This document shows, in pieces, positions 19,752 to 34,340 of a stretch of DNA of 64,000 nt (position 1 is its first letter; each line of letters opens with the position of its first letter). The DNA is from the human T2T-CHM13v2.0 reference genome, Homo sapiens: the NCBI RefSeq assembly GCF_009914755.1, contig NC_060942.1; one strand, 5' to 3'. The position numbers were made by a program, and so were the translations under genes. The notes under the pieces were generated by a model, which saw nothing but the letters and a program-made list of their open reading frames with translations, was not told where the DNA came from and did not search any database.

Positions 19752-19799
19752 TTATTTTGCTCATTAGTTGATGCAGTTTCTTCCTAGTCTCGATGGTCT

Positions 19800-20816
19800 T
19801 TACATTTTGGCATGATTGTGCAGCGGCTGGTACCGGTTGTTCCTTTCCATGTTTAGCGCTTCCTTCAGGAGCTCTTTTAGGGCAGGCCTGGTGGTGACAA
19901 AATCTCTCAGCATTTGCTTGTCTATAAAGTATTTTATTTCTCCTTCACTTATGAAGCTTAGTTTGGCTGGATATGAAATTCTGGGTTGAAAATTCTTTTC
20001 TTTAAGAATGTTGAATATTGGCCCCCACTCTCTTCTGGCTTGTAGGGTTTCTGCCGAGAGATCCGCTGTTAGTCTGATGGGCTTTCCTTTGAGGGTAACC
20101 CGACCTTTCTCTCTGGCTGCCCTTAACATTTTTTCCTTCATTTCAACTTTGGTGAATCTGACAATTATGTGTCTTGGAGTTGCTCTTCTCGAGGAGTATC
20201 TTTGTGACGTTCTCTGTATTTCCTGAATCTGAACGTTGGCCTGCCTTGCTAGATTGGGGAAGTTCTCCTGGATAATATCCTGCAGAGTGTTTTCCAACTT
20301 GGTTCCATTCTCCCCATCACTTTCAGGTACACCAATCAGACGTAGATTTGGTCTTTTCACATAGTCCCATATTTCTTGGAGGCTTTGCTCATTTCTTTTT
20401 ATTCTTTTTTCTCTAAACTTCCCTTCTCGCTTCATTTCATTCATTTCATCTTCCATTGCTGATACCCTTTCTTCCAGTTGATCGCATCGGCTCCTGAGGC
20501 TTCTGCATTCTTCACGTAGTTCTCGAGCCTTGGTTTTCAGCTCCATCAGCTCCTTTAAGCACTTCTCTGTATTGGTTATTCTAGTTATACATTCTTCTAA
20601 ATTTTTTTCAAAGTTTTCAACTTCTTTGCCTTTGGTTTGAATGTCCTCCCGTAGCTCAGAGTAATTTGATCGTCTGAAGCCTTCTTCTCTCAGCTCGTCA
20701 AAATCATTCTCCATCCAGCTTTGTTCTGTTGCTGGTGAGGAACTGCGTTCCTTTGGAGGAGGAGAGGCGCTCTGCGTTTTAGAGTTTCCAGTTTTTCTGT
20801 TCTGTTTTTTCCCCAT
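19800..20816 (-). CDS. L1 ORF1p RNA-binding protein, intact, 338 aa
   Basis: MGKKQNRKTG...NHAKM, canonical length; REKG, ARR and YPAKLS motifs retained. Confidence 0.95.
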   Translation of the reverse strand: MGKKQNRKTGNSKTQSASPPPKERSSSPATEQSWMENDFDELREEGFRRSNYSELREDIQTKGKEVENFEKNLEECITRITNTEKCLKELMELKTKARELREECRSLRSRCDQLEERVSAMEDEMNEMKREGKFREKRIKRNEQSLQEIWDYVKRPNLRLIGVPESDGENGTKLENTLQDIIQENFPNLARQANVQIQEIQRTSQRYSSRRATPRHIIVRFTKVEMKEKMLRAAREKGRVTLKGKPIRLTADLSAETLQARREWGPIFNILKEKNFQPRISYPAKLSFISEGEIKYFIDKQMLRDFVTTRPALKELLKEALNMERNNRYQPLHNHAKM

Positions 20817-21719
20817 CTTTGTGGTTTTATCTACTTTTGGTCTTTGATGATGGTGATGTACAGATGGGTTTTCGGTGTAGATGTCCTTTCTGGTTGTTAG
20901 TTTTCCTTCTAACAGACAGGACCCTCAGCTGCAGGTCTGTTGGAATACCCTGCCGTGTGAGGTGTCAGTGTGCCCCTGCTGGGGGGTGCCTCCCAGTTAG
21001 GCTGCTCGGGGGTCAGGGGTCAGGGACCCACTTGAGGAGGCAGTCTGCCCGTTCTCAGATCTCCAGCTGCGTGCTGGGAGAACCACTGCCCTCTTCAAAG
21101 CTGTCAGACAGGGACACTTAAGTCTGCAGAGGTTACTGCTGTCTTTTTGTTTGTCTGTGCCCTGCCCCCAGAGGTGGAACCTACAGAGGCAGGCAGGCCT
21201 CCTTGAGCTGTGGTGGGCTCCACCCAGTTCGAGCTTCCCGGCTGCTTTGTTTACCTAAGCAAGCCTGGGCAATGGCGGGCGCCCCTCCCCCAGCCTCGTT
21301 GCCGCCTTGCAGTTTGATCTCAGACTGCTGTGCTAGCAATCAGCGAGATTCCGTGGGCGTAGGACCCTCTGAGCCAGGTGTGGGATATAGTCTCGTGTTG
21401 CGCCATTTCTTAAGCCGGTCTGAAAAGCGCAATATTCGGGTGGGAGTGACCCGATTTTCCAGGTGCGTCCGTCACCCCTTTCTTTGACTCGGAAAGGGAA
21501 CTCCCTGACCCCTTGCACTTCCCAGGTGAGGCAATGCCTCGCCCTGCTTCGGCTCGCGCACGGTACGCACACACACTGGCCTGCGCCCACTGTCTGGCAC
21601 TCCCTAGTGAGATGAACCCGGTACCTCAGATGGAAATGCAGAAATCACCCGTCTTCTGCGTCGCTCACGCTGGGAGCTGTAGACCGGAGCTGTTCCTATT
21701 CGGCCATCTTGGCTCCTCC
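20817..21719 (-). promoter_or_regulatory. L1 5'UTR: CpG-rich sense promoter with YY1 site, plus antisense promoter
   Basis: YY1 motif CAAGATGGCCG intact (21701-21711); CpG-rich ~900-bp UTR. Confidence 0.88.
21272..21487 (+). CDS. L1 antisense ORF0, intact, 71 aa
   Basis: MAGAPPPASLPPCSLISDCCASNQRDSVGVGPSEPG...RCVRHPFL* in a good Kozak context (gcaATGg); internal donors at 21378 and 21463. Confidence 0.88.
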   Translation: MAGAPPPASLPPCSLISDCCASNQRDSVGVGPSEPGVGYSLVLRHFLSRSEKRNIRVGVTRFSRCVRHPFL

Positions 21720-22939
21720 CTTGTATGTTTTTTTTTGTCTGACACTGGTTTTTTGCCTTCTCTGTTTTTAATTGAGAATTTTATACAATTTTATTCTCTC
21801 TTTTAACATATTAATTATACTTTTAAAACTTTTAAAAGTGGTTGCCTTAGACTTTGCAATATACATTTACAACTACTCCAAGTCTGCTTTCAAATAATGT
21901 ACTACTACTTCATGGGTAGTGCAAGTATCTTATAAGAGAGTATTTCCAATTCTTTCCTCACATCCTTTATAACATTGTTATAATTCATTTCATTTATTTA
22001 TAAGCTATAATTACCAAATATAGCTGTTATTTTGAACAAATTGCTATCTGTTAGATCACTTAAGAATTAAAAAATAAATTTTATTTCTCTTCATTTATTC
22101 CTTCTCTAATGTTCTTCTTTTCTTTATGTAGATCTGAGTTTCTCATCTGTAATGTCTTCCTTCTTTCTGAAGAACTTCTTTTAACATTTCTTGCCAATCA
22201 GGTCTACTGGCAAAAATTTCCTCAAATTTTGTTTGTCTGAGAAAGGCGTTATTTCTCCTTCGCATGGAATGATGATTTTGCTGGGTACAGAATTCTAGAT
22301 TGTTGATTTTTTTCAACACCTTAAAAATTTCAATTAACTCTCTTCTTGCTTGCACAGTTTCTGAGGAGTGGTCCAGTTTAATTATTTTCCTTATTTCTCT
22401 ATAGGTAAGGTGTTTTATTCCTCTGGCTTCTTTGAGGAATTTTTTGTCTTTGATTTTCTGCAGTTTGAATATGACATGCCTAGGTGTATATTTTTTTATA
22501 TTTATCTTACTCGGGCTTTTCTGAGCTTACTGAATCTGTTGTTTTGTATCTGACATTAATTTGAGGAAATTCTGTCACTGTTACTTCAAATATTTATTCT
22601 GCTCCTTTCTCTTTTTTTTTCCTGGTATTTCCATTATATGTATGTTACACCTTTTGTAATTCTCCCACAGTTCTTGGATTTTCTTTTCTGACTTTTTCAT
22701 TCTCTTTTTGTTCTTGGCATTTCCATTTTGGAAGTTTCTACTGACGTATCTTCAAGCACTGATTCTTTCCTTGGCATGTCCAGTCTATTGATGGGCCCAT
22801 CAAAGCATTCTTCATTTCTGCTACATTGTTTTTCATTTCTGCTGTTTCATTTTGATCCTTAGAGTTTCCCTCTCTCTATTACAGTACCCATTTGTTCTTG
22901 CATGTTGCCTACTTTTCCCATTAGAACCTGAAAACATAT

Positions 22940-23417
22940 TGTAAGATTAATGGTAGCCGTAAAGACCGCTTAATCATGCCACAGGGATGGCACTATGTGT
23001 TACTCAGCAGTATGATGCAAACTGACCAGGGATTTCCAACCTGATATGGTGATTTCCAGAAGGCAAGGCCTAGAGCACAAGGGTACCTCTGTACAGATAC
23101 AACTTTCAGAAGCCTTAAAACAAAACTTACCCTTACAAAAATAGCTTAAACCCCCTTTATGAAAGAATAATCTGGTAATTAACCTGGACTGAACACAGAT
23201 ATGAAAAAAGTGGGAAAGATTCCCTAAACTTTGAAAATGTTGTCTGGACAGAGACCCTCCCAGTCAATCAGTCATCTGACCCTCTGGTTTTATCTAACCC
23301 ATGCCACTGGCCTGCTTCTGCTATCATCCTTGTAAGAGCTCTACCAGAACAAACTTCTTGAATAGCAGATGGTGTCTAGGGCTCATCATTGGTGCAGATT
23401 GAATGGAAGGGGAAACA
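22940..23417 (+). mobile_element. Probable solo LTR, family not identified
   Basis: TG..CA bounded ~480-bp segment between the L1M and Tigger relics; TSD not clear. Confidence 0.4.
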
Positions 23418-24314
23418 GTATGCTTCGGAATAAATGGTATGCTTTGAATGGAGCTATTGCATCTTGGTCCCTTGGTAGAATGTGTGGCTGTGTTCAGGGT
23501 TGAGATATACAACCTTTATATCAGAATGCATGTCACTGATACATTGTGAATGCCCTGGAGCAATATTTAAGATCAGAAACATCTTGAATGGGATATTGTA
23601 TTTCCTACAATAGTCTCTTGCCTGCAGAATGAAATAGTCAAAAATTAGTCTTCAAACAATGCAGATGTCACCCAGGCTTCCTTGTTATGATGACAATAAT
23701 TAGGAAATGTCTGCTTGCTCACATTCTTGGATGCTCTAGAGTTATCTGAGTGTTAGGTTAGAAAAGACTTTAATTTGAACTCCTCAACATTTCCACTCAA
23801 AAGCAGAATGCAAAACGGTCTTTGAATGTGCTGAATCCTGGCATTGTCTTGGACTCTTCATAAATGTGTGTATGCTCTGACATATACTCCTAGAACAACC
23901 TCATTTCATCAACATTAAATATTGGTTCTGGAAAATATTTCTTGTCTATAATTATCCTGTGCAGCTCTTCCTTAAAAGCTTTAGCACCTTCAGTATTGGC
24001 ACTTGCTGCCTCACCACTGGCCTCACATTATGAAAATTATGACACTTTTTGAAGCATTGGAACTACCCATGACTTGCTGTAAACATTTGCATATATCTAG
24101 GATCATCTGCATATTCTTTTAATGTGTTGAAAAGACTTCTTGCCTTAGCCTGGATCATCAGTAGGTTAAATGGTATGTTCGTCTCTATCTGGTTTTCCAT
24201 CCCGATGACAAATAATTTTTTTTCATATAATCAGTTAGCCCAGCTCTTTCCTTTGTGATGAGAGTGGATTTAACCAATATTGATAATTTCACTGCATTAG
24301 TTATTTGCTTCTTA

Positions 24315-24715
<401 letters not shown>

Positions 24716-24722
24716 GGTAATT

Positions 24723-24887
24723 GCTTTCTTCTTCTTCTTCTTCTTTCTTCTTCTTCTTCCGTCTTCTTCCTTCTTCCTCCTTCCTTCTTTCTTCTTCTTT
24801 TCTTCTTTCTTCTTCCTTCTCCTTATCCTTCTTCTTCTTTTTCTTCCTTCTTCTTCTTTCTTCTTCTTCCTCCTCTTCTTCTTCTTC
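24723..24887. repeat. Imperfect (TTC)n/(GAA)n microsatellite
   Basis: ~165 bp of almost pure polypyrimidine. Confidence 0.95.
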
Positions 24888-26322
24888 GAAGCAGGAGACA
24901 CAGATGGACATTTTGTATACATGATGGTTTACAAAAACACAAAATTATTTGCAACACAGTACACCTTAGAGTATCAGTTGTTTACCCTTGTGATCATGTG
25001 GCTGACCAGGAGCTGTGGTTTGCTGCCACTGCCCAGCACCAAGAAAGATTATTGTGTCTTATATTGCTAGCCCTGGAAAAGATCAAAACTCAAAATTCAA
25101 AATATAATTTCTACTGAATGCATATTGCTTACACACTATCATAAAGTCAAAAAATTATAAGTTGAACCATCCGTAGAATTCTCTGTGTACATTTCAGAAT
25201 GACTACTTTCTCCTCCCCATGCCAGAAACATGAGGAGATTTTTTTTTAATTCTCATTGTGAGAACTTAGTAGGGATACTGAAGACAAAATGTACGATTGT
25301 GTGGGACCCCTTAAGACTTGACCTTTGAGAGGTCAAGTTTGTCCACACTGAAACTCCAGCAATTTATCCATTATAGTTTATGTTTTCCTACCCTGGTACT
25401 GGCTCCAGCAATGATTTCACTCCCAACTTGGGAAGCAGTGGTTAGCCCTGTGACCTCAATTATCTGATGGAGCTACAAAAAATGGTTAATTTTCAGTTTT
25501 TTCAGCTTTTTACTTGTTGTGAAAATGGGAATGACAACTTCCAACCTCCTTACAAGACAAACTGGCAACTTCAATCTGGGATTTTTATATACTAGAATTT
25601 ACAACCAATAATAATTATTATTATAGTAATAATAGCAAATTAGTATTTGCCAGATATATAAATTCTTAAATGTATTAACTCAATTAATTCTCACAGCTAC
25701 CTTGTGAGATTGGTATTATTGTTATTTACATTTGAGGATGAGAAAATTGGGACACAGAGAGGATATGTATTTACTAGAGTTTTGATTAGATCCTTTCAGA
25801 TTTAGACAGAAGTGATTGACACTAAAAAACAGACACTGATATTTCATAATGGTGTTATATGCCAGGCATTGTTTTAGTTCTCTAAACATAATAACTCAAT
25901 AAACTTCAACAATATTAAGAGGTAGTGACTTTTGATAAAAAGAAAACATGAGTCCATACATCCAAGTTGCTGAGCAAACTCCACGAAGGATAAACTCAAA
26001 GGGATACATACCAAGACATACTATAATAAACCTCTCAAAAGACAAAGACAGACAGAGAATCTTGAAAGCAGCAAGGAATAATTGACTCATGATGTACAAA
26101 GGATCCTTGATAAGTTTAACAGCCAATTTATCATCAGAAGCTAGGTCGGCCAAAAGACAGTAGATTACATATTTAAAGTGCTGAAATAAAAAAAAAAAAA
26201 GCTGTCAACCAAAAATTCTATATGTGGCTAAATTCTACTGCAGAAATGAAGCAAAAATTAAGATATCCCTATTAAAGTTGAGAGAGTTCATCACTAGCCA
26301 ACCTGCCCTACAAGAACTATTA

Positions 26323-26690
<368 letters not shown>

Positions 26691-27027
26691 AACCCAATGT
26701 AGTTACTTTTACCAGAGTAGTTCTTTCTTTCTTTTTTCTTTTCCTTAAAGAACTACTCTGGTAAAGGTAACTACATTGGTAAATACAAAAGCCACTATTA
26801 TGTTTTTGCCTTGTAAATTTTCTTTTTGTTTCATATATAATTTAAAAGACAAATGCATAAAATTATTATAAATATGTGTTAATGGGAGACAATGTATAAA
26901 GATGTAATTTAGGAAGAGACAGCTGTATAGGAGCAGAGTTTTTGTATATTATTAAAGCTAACCTGATACAAATTTCAATTACAGTATTGAAATTTCTTCA
27001 TAATGATAATAATTGTAATTATTTCTC

Positions 27028-27338
27028 AGTACCTGCACATTCTGTACCTGAGGATTTGACCAACCAAAGGTCAAAAATATTTGAAAAAAATCAACACAGA
27101 TAATATGACTAGAAATCATATGGATTTGAAAAATAGTACAGCATAACCGCTATTCATATAACATTTACATTTTATTAGGCATTGTAAGTAATCTAGAGAT
27201 GGTTTAAAGTATACAGGAAGATGTGTGTACATTATATGCAAATACTACACCATCTTATATATAGACTTGAGCATCTGAGGATTTGGGGTCCAAGGGAGGT
27301 CCTGGAACCAACCTTCCATAGATACAGAGAGATAACTA
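27028..27338 (+). mobile_element. MER2-like (TcMar-Tigger) element
   Basis: cag..ctg-like termini with taagtaatctagagatg...cctggaaccaa..gatacagagagataact. Confidence 0.65.
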
Positions 27339-27875
27339 TTGATTATTTTAAAAAAAAGTTAGGATGTTAATTGAAAGTACATGGCAGCTCCTAAGAAAAT
27401 AATTTTTAAATATTCAGAAAAGAAAATTAGGAGGAAATCCAAACTTTGTATTAGAAAAAAATCAATTAAACAAGAAAGCAATATTGAAAGAATTGGGGGG
27501 AAAACATAACAAATATATAAAACTAAGAGCAAAGTAGCAAAAGTAAATCTTTCCTTATCAGTAATCACTTTAAATATAAATAACTGAAACTCACCAGTTA
27601 AAAGACAAAAACTGGCAGGATGGATTAAAAAATAAAAGCATGTTGTCTGCCCACAAGAGACTAACTTTAGGTCCAAAGATACAAATAGGCTGAAAATAAA
27701 CAGACAGAAAATGATATTCCACACAAATAGTTGCCAAAACAGAGCTGGTATAACTACACTAATATCAGATGAAATAGACATGAAGTTAAAATTACAAAAG
27801 ACAAGCAAATTCACTATTCATTGATAAAGGGTCAATTTATCAAGAAGATGTAACAATAATAAACATATATGCACT

Positions 27876-28339
27876 GCTATGATTTGGGCATGGTTTTGCT
27901 GTTGTTGTTGTTCCTGCCAAAGCTCGTGTTGAAACTTGATTCCCAATGTGGTAGTGTTGGGAGGTGGGGCCTAGTGGGAAGTGTTTGGGTCATAAGGGCA
28001 GATCCCTCATGAATGGCTTGGTGCTGTTCTCAAGATAGTCAGTGAGTTCTTCCTATTTTAAGACTGGATCTGGATTAGTTCTCACAGGAATTGATTAGTT
28101 TCTACAAGTGTGGTTGTTACAAAGCCAGGTCACCCCTCATGTTTCTCTTTCTTCACACGTCTGCTTCCTCTTTGCCCTTCTCTGTCATGTTGTGACTCAG
28201 CACAGAAGCCCTTGCCAGAGCCAGGGTCATGCCATTGAGATCCTCAGCCTGCAGAACCATGAGCTAAATAAAACTCTTTTCTTTATAAATTACCCAGTCT
28301 CAGGTATTCTTTTATAGCAACACAAAAGGGACTGAGACA
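27876..28339 (+). mobile_element. MaLR LTR (MSTB/C-like)
   Basis: tgctatg...ttacccagtctcaggtattc...ggactgagaca. Confidence 0.82.
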
Positions 28340-28746
28340 TGCACCAAACAACAGAACTCCAAAATGTATGAAGCCAAAAAAATGACAGACTTGAAGGGAG
28401 AAATAGACAGTTCTGCAATGCAGTGGGTTGACATCCTGGGACTGCTGCTCCTGGTGGTAGGGGTTGACAGGACAAGCTATCTGCCCACATGGTGCTCACG
28501 GACTAGCAGAGGAGGCAGTGACAACTGCTGTGAAATAGTAGTGAGTGTTAAGAAGAAAGATGGGGAGAGGCACGTTAGGCAGAGTGAGGAAGTGAGAGAG
28601 ATAAGGCAGGAGGGGTGTTGCAGAGCAGGTGAGAGAGGGGTATCCTAAGCAGGTGGCATTGGCAGAGAAGGCTGGGAATGGTCTACACATCCCATGTTTG
28701 TTTCTGAGTGGTGGGATAATGAATTTTTTGTTTTATTCTTTATATT

Positions 28747-28750
<4 letters not shown>

Positions 28751-28794
<44 letters not shown>

Positions 28795-28989
28795 AGACAG
28801 GGTCTCTCTTTGTCACTCAGGCTGGAGTGCAGCAGCACAATCTCTACTCACTGCAGCCTCCACCTCCTGGGTTCAAGTGATTCTCGTGCCTCAGCCTCCT
28901 GAGTAGCTGGGATTACAGGTGTGTACCACCACAGCTGGCTAATTTTTAAATTTTTTATAAAGTCAGGGTCTCACTATGTTGCCCAGGAT
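28751..28989 (-). mobile_element. Truncated Alu with (TG)n tail microsatellite (28751-28790)
   Basis: Right arm plus part of the left arm. Confidence 0.88.
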
Positions 28990-29157
28990 AACATTTTCAA
29001 TTAAAAACATGTGCTACTTTGATTTTCAGAAAAAGGGAGTGCTTAAAAAGAGAGCGAAAGTTCAACTTCATAAACTTGAAGAGCACTGCTGACTTCCTAC
29101 CTGTGGCCACGTAGTCCTAGCTGCGTTTTTCTGGTGGCTTCCAGAAGAATGGCACTG

Positions 29158-29176
29158 CCCTGCCACCTTGTGGCCA
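29158..29176 (-). promoter_or_regulatory. Candidate CTCF site
   Basis: - strand TGGCCACAAGGTGGCAG resembles the CTCF core motif, in non-repetitive DNA. Confidence 0.5.
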
Positions 29177-29587
29177 TGTGGCAAGTAAACCTTCCAGCCA
29201 GCATTACAATAAAGCCAAAATCTGTTTTCTCACGTTTGAGGAAGATGACAAATATTCAGCATTCTAAGTAAGCTATGATTTGGATGGAGCTTTATTGATA
29301 GCACTCAGAGATAAGGTGTTCTGCTTTATGGTAATACTTCATCCTTTTGGCATCATCAAGAAACAGCCTCTCTACTCAAAGCTTAACTCTTAAGGACCTA
29401 CATAAAGATTATCTGAACATTCTTATTCATTTCTTACAGAGTGTATTGAACACAAAAACCTTTCCTTTAGAGCTCATGATTTTTAAAAACAATATCTCCT
29501 CAATGCAAAGATAAGTTCAATCCATCACCAGGAAGAGCCCAGGCTTAGCTCATAGGAAATACAAGTGAATCCAGGGATGGTGGAGAA

Positions 29588-29852
29588 TTTTTTTTTTCTT
29601 TTTCTTTTGTTATTTATTTATTTGTTTGAGACAGGGTCTTTCTCTGTCAACCAGGCTGGAGTGCAGTGACACCATCATGGCTTACTGCAGCCTCATCCAC
29701 CTGGGCTCAAGCGATCCTCCCATCTCAGCCTCCTGAGTAGCTGTGACTACAGGTGCGTGCCACCACTCCTGACTAATGTTTGTATTTTTTTTAAGAGACC
29801 TGGTTTCACCATGGTCCCCAGGCTGGTCTTGAACTCCTGAGCTCAAGCAATA
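29588..29852 (-). mobile_element. AluJ (5' truncated)
   Basis: Diverged dimer, reverse orientation. Confidence 0.88.
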
Positions 29853-29884
29853 CGCTGGTAGGGCTTTTTCTTATTGTTACCCTC

Positions 29885-30290
29885 TGTATTGATTTGTTCA
29901 GGTTGCCAAAACAAAGTACCACAAACTGAGTGGCTTCTTACACAACAGAACTTTATTGTCCACAGCGCTGGAGGTAAGAAGTTTGAAATCAAGGTATTGG
30001 CAGGGGTTGTTTCCTCTGAGGGGAAGGTCTGCTCCAAGCCTCTCTCCTTGGCTTGTATGGCCATCTTCTCCCTGCCTGTTCACATCACCATCCTCTCTGC
30101 ATGTCTTCATGTCCAAATTTCCTCTTTTTTGTAAAGACAATAGTCATATTGGTTTAGGGCCCAGCAAATGACCTCATTTTAACTTGATTACCTCTGTAAA
30201 GATCCTATCTGCAAATAAGTCACATTTTGAGGTATTGGGGGTTAGGACTTTGAAATATGAATGGGGGGTGAGCACAGTTCAACTCCTGAC
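29885..30290 (-). mobile_element. MLT1-type MaLR LTR
   Basis: aacaaagtaccacaaactg...ttaacttgattacctctgtaaagatcctat...gggttaggactt. Confidence 0.8.
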
Positions 30291-30943
30291 ACCCCTCCTG
30301 GTGTTGCATTTCAGTAGAAGACCAGTGAGCCTCAGGTAGGAACCTGGAAAGCCCCACCGTCTTGTTTCCTCCCATCTTCCCTTTCTTTTCCCTCAATGGC
30401 TTTCAACTCTGATTCACATTAGAATTATCCAAGGAGTTTTTAAATTTCTGATTCTGAACCCCACCCCTAGACCAACTAAATCAGAAGAAAACTCGCAGGG
30501 AAACTTAATCCAAGAAGGGATCAAGGAAGGCTTCCAATGGGAGGGGATTCGTTCACTACATTTTGAAAAATGAATGGATGATTGAGATAGAGAATAATGA
30601 GAGGTGTAGAAAGAACATCATAACCAAAGACTTAGTGGGGTCAGACAACATGGGTGGGCTGGCAGGGCTTGTGTGTGTCCTGATGGCAGAGGGAGGGGTG
30701 GGGGGTCACACACAGGGGCACAGGAGCAACCCTACAGGCAGCTGTTGCTGTGAGATAAACGTCCAAGCAGGAGGTGCTGAAAGATGAAGCTGATGAGGCA
30801 GGCAGGGGCCAAATCAAGAGAGGATGTGTGCCTCATGCAAAGAAGCCTGGGTTTCCACATCAGCATTTCAGAAAGGGAGCTGCCATCACCCCCAAGCTCA
30901 CTACTGACCATAATGTCAGGTGTGGCTGCCCTCCTGTCAACTG

Positions 30944-31653
<710 letters not shown>

Positions 31654-32791
31654 TTCCTGCCCAGGCACTGAGGTGAAGTGAATGGTTTGGCAACAGGGTA
31701 CAAGCGAAAATGCAGAGGTGAAAATCTGGGCCTTGGAACATCTTCATCAAGTCTGGCAAGGGAGACCCAATCCACTCAACTGCAGAATGTGCATGTGACC
31801 ACTACATGGTGAACAGAGTACTGAGCTTTGCTGCTCTACCAACCATCATGGTAGGGGCACACATTCTACTCCCCTGAATGTAGCCAGTCTCTGGGGAGCT
31901 CATTTGCAGCTTTGACTCATTCTGGGCAGCCTCAATTTTTCTCAAACACCAATTGCATCTGGGAAGGTGAATTCACTGTGCCTAGGTTTGTCCCCTCTGC
32001 TATAACAGTGATGCAATGTCACGTGAAAGATTCCTATCATAATTTAACCATTTTCTAAATTATCTGGGAAGTTTATTTGGAGGTTTGGGAGTGCTCTAAT
32101 GATGTATGATAAATCTTTGATGCAAAGATCTACAATCTTGCAATTTACTATAAGCATCTTTGAAGTACATGTTATTAATTTAACCTTATATAAAGGTTAT
32201 ATACAGAATCTGTACCTCAGTATGCTTAGTTGTATCCACATAGAGGACTTCTAAAACACCAAAACTGCCTCATTATACATTATATAGACTTGCACATCAT
32301 AATGGCAGTTAATAAAATGAAATTCTGTGTTTTCCTTTTTATAGTTAAATTTTTCCTTAAAAAAAATAACTTTCAGGAGATAAGCAAGAAAAATGCCTTG
32401 GCCTGGGAGATTAAAACCTATCTGGCAAAATGAAAACATTGATGTAAATGACATGAAAATGGTTCTGTCTGGCTTTGCTGTGGCCCGTTATTAGAGATCA
32501 GATTGGCAGCTGCTTCCACAACTAATTGATTCTAGGAAATTTGGCAAGCCTTATACTTCTCTATCTCAGAAACTGGACAACTGCCCACTTTGTAAATACC
32601 AACGTAACAATATCCTTTAAAGTGCTTAAAATGCATTGGGAAAAATCCCTATCAAATAAAAGATATACTTATGTAACTTATTATAGTACTTGATTTCAAA
32701 TATTTATATGTAAAATACTAATGACTGTTCTGATAAATACTTTATCAAATTCACAAAGTATGTCAGTATGTGAACAGCATAATCTAAAGGC

Positions 32792-33230
32792 TTGTGCTGG
32801 TGTCTTCCATTTGCCCCCTAAGATCCACTCTCTGTGGTTTTCCAGCCAGTCCTGGACCCAGTGGGGGAATGTGGGTGCTGACCTAGGGTTTCCTTTGCCT
32901 TCTGGCTTCAGGTTGGGTTCAGCCAACCAGTGTAGGGTTATCAGCAAAAGATCCATAGGTGGGAGGAGAATGGAGGCAGGTATTTATTCTCCCCATGAGT
33001 GTTCTCTGAATTGATACTGAAGGCCATAGTTCCTGTCAGGTGACCCATTCCATAGACCCCTCACCCCATGACCTTCAATCTTTGTGCTTAGAGGTAATAA
33101 TAACTGTTCCCTGAGATTGCAAGCCCCAGAGAACTCCATCATCATTTGCTATCTTCTGTAAACTACCCATATATTTTAAATATTTCTTTTTATTAAATTC
33201 TCCTCCAGTGATCCAAATTGAATTTTCCAC
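32792..33230 (-). mobile_element. Old ERVL LTR (LTR33-like)
   Basis: ttccatttgccccctaagatccactctctg... recognised by eye. Confidence 0.5.
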
Positions 33231-33387
33231 CTTGAATGGTAACAGTGCTTTTACTCTTTTCCTTTGTGTTGAAAAGGAAGCATGGGCAAAAGGTGCTGAA
33301 ATACAATCTCTGCTTATTAAAACAAACAAATAAACAAAAAAAAAAACAAGCAATTCAGTACCACAAAGCTGCTATGTTAATACATCT

Positions 33388-33713
33388 CTTTTTCCTTCTT
33401 TTTCTTTTTTTTTTTTTTTTTTGAGACAGTCTCCCTTTGTTGCCTGCGTTGGAGTGAAGTGGCGCGACTCAGCTCACTGCAACATCCACTTCCCAGGTTC
33501 AAAGGATTCTCGTGCCTCAGCCTCCGAAGTAGCTGGGACTACAGGCATGCGCCACCAGGCCTGGCTAATTTGTTTTTTTTTTTTTTGTATTTTTAGTACA
33601 GATAGGGTTTCACCATGTTGCCCAGGGTGGTCCTGAACTCCTGAGCTCAGGCAATCAGCTTGCCTTGGCCTACTGAAGTGTTAGGATTACAGGTATGAGC
33701 CCCACACCCAGCC
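33388..33713 (-). mobile_element. Alu (J/S)
   Basis: Full dimer, reverse orientation; a FLAM monomer follows at ~33790-33921. Confidence 0.9.
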
Positions 33714-34070
33714 TCCTTTTCTTTAAACAGAAGGCAGTGCTCCAATTTCCAGTCAGCTCTGAATCACTCTTTATTGTTGTTTTTTAAAATTTTTTTAAAA
33801 AATAGAGATGGGGGGTCTCGCTATGCTGGCCAGGCTGGTCTCAAACTCCTGGCCTCAAGCAATCCACCCATCTCAGCCTCCCCGAGTGCTGGAATCACAG
33901 GCATGAACCACCATGCCCAGTCTCTAAGTCACTCTTGAGGTCAGTGCACCTATAGCCTGTGAGGGTTTGTGGGATTATTCAGATATTGTTATTGCTTGGG
34001 TTGGACATTTTATACCCCCTTATGCAGCAGCCATCCTCTAACGTGAACTAGAAGGAGGAAAGTTTTTCTT

Positions 34071-34148
34071 TTTTTTTTTTTGAGACAGAGTTTCACTCTT
34101 GTTGCCCAGGCTGGAGTGCAATGGCACAATCTCAACTCACTGCAACCT
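34071..34148 (-). mobile_element. Severely 5'-truncated Alu with a perfect 20-bp TSD
   Basis: gaaggaggaaagtttttctt at 34051-34070 and 34149-34168 flanks ~68 nt of Alu 3' end plus poly(T). Confidence 0.92.
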
Positions 34149-34340
34149 GAAGGAGGAAAGTTTTTCTTACTATAATTGGACATCGTTAAATAAATTTTGT
34201 TGTGTGTGTCTTTGTTCCTTCCCCCCTTATTTTATCCTCTTATTCTCTAAACACATTCTGTCACATTAAAATGCTAGACACTAACAGCTGGAGACATAAA
34301 AGTTTAGCCTTTCATAGTAAAACAAAAAAATTATATGTAT

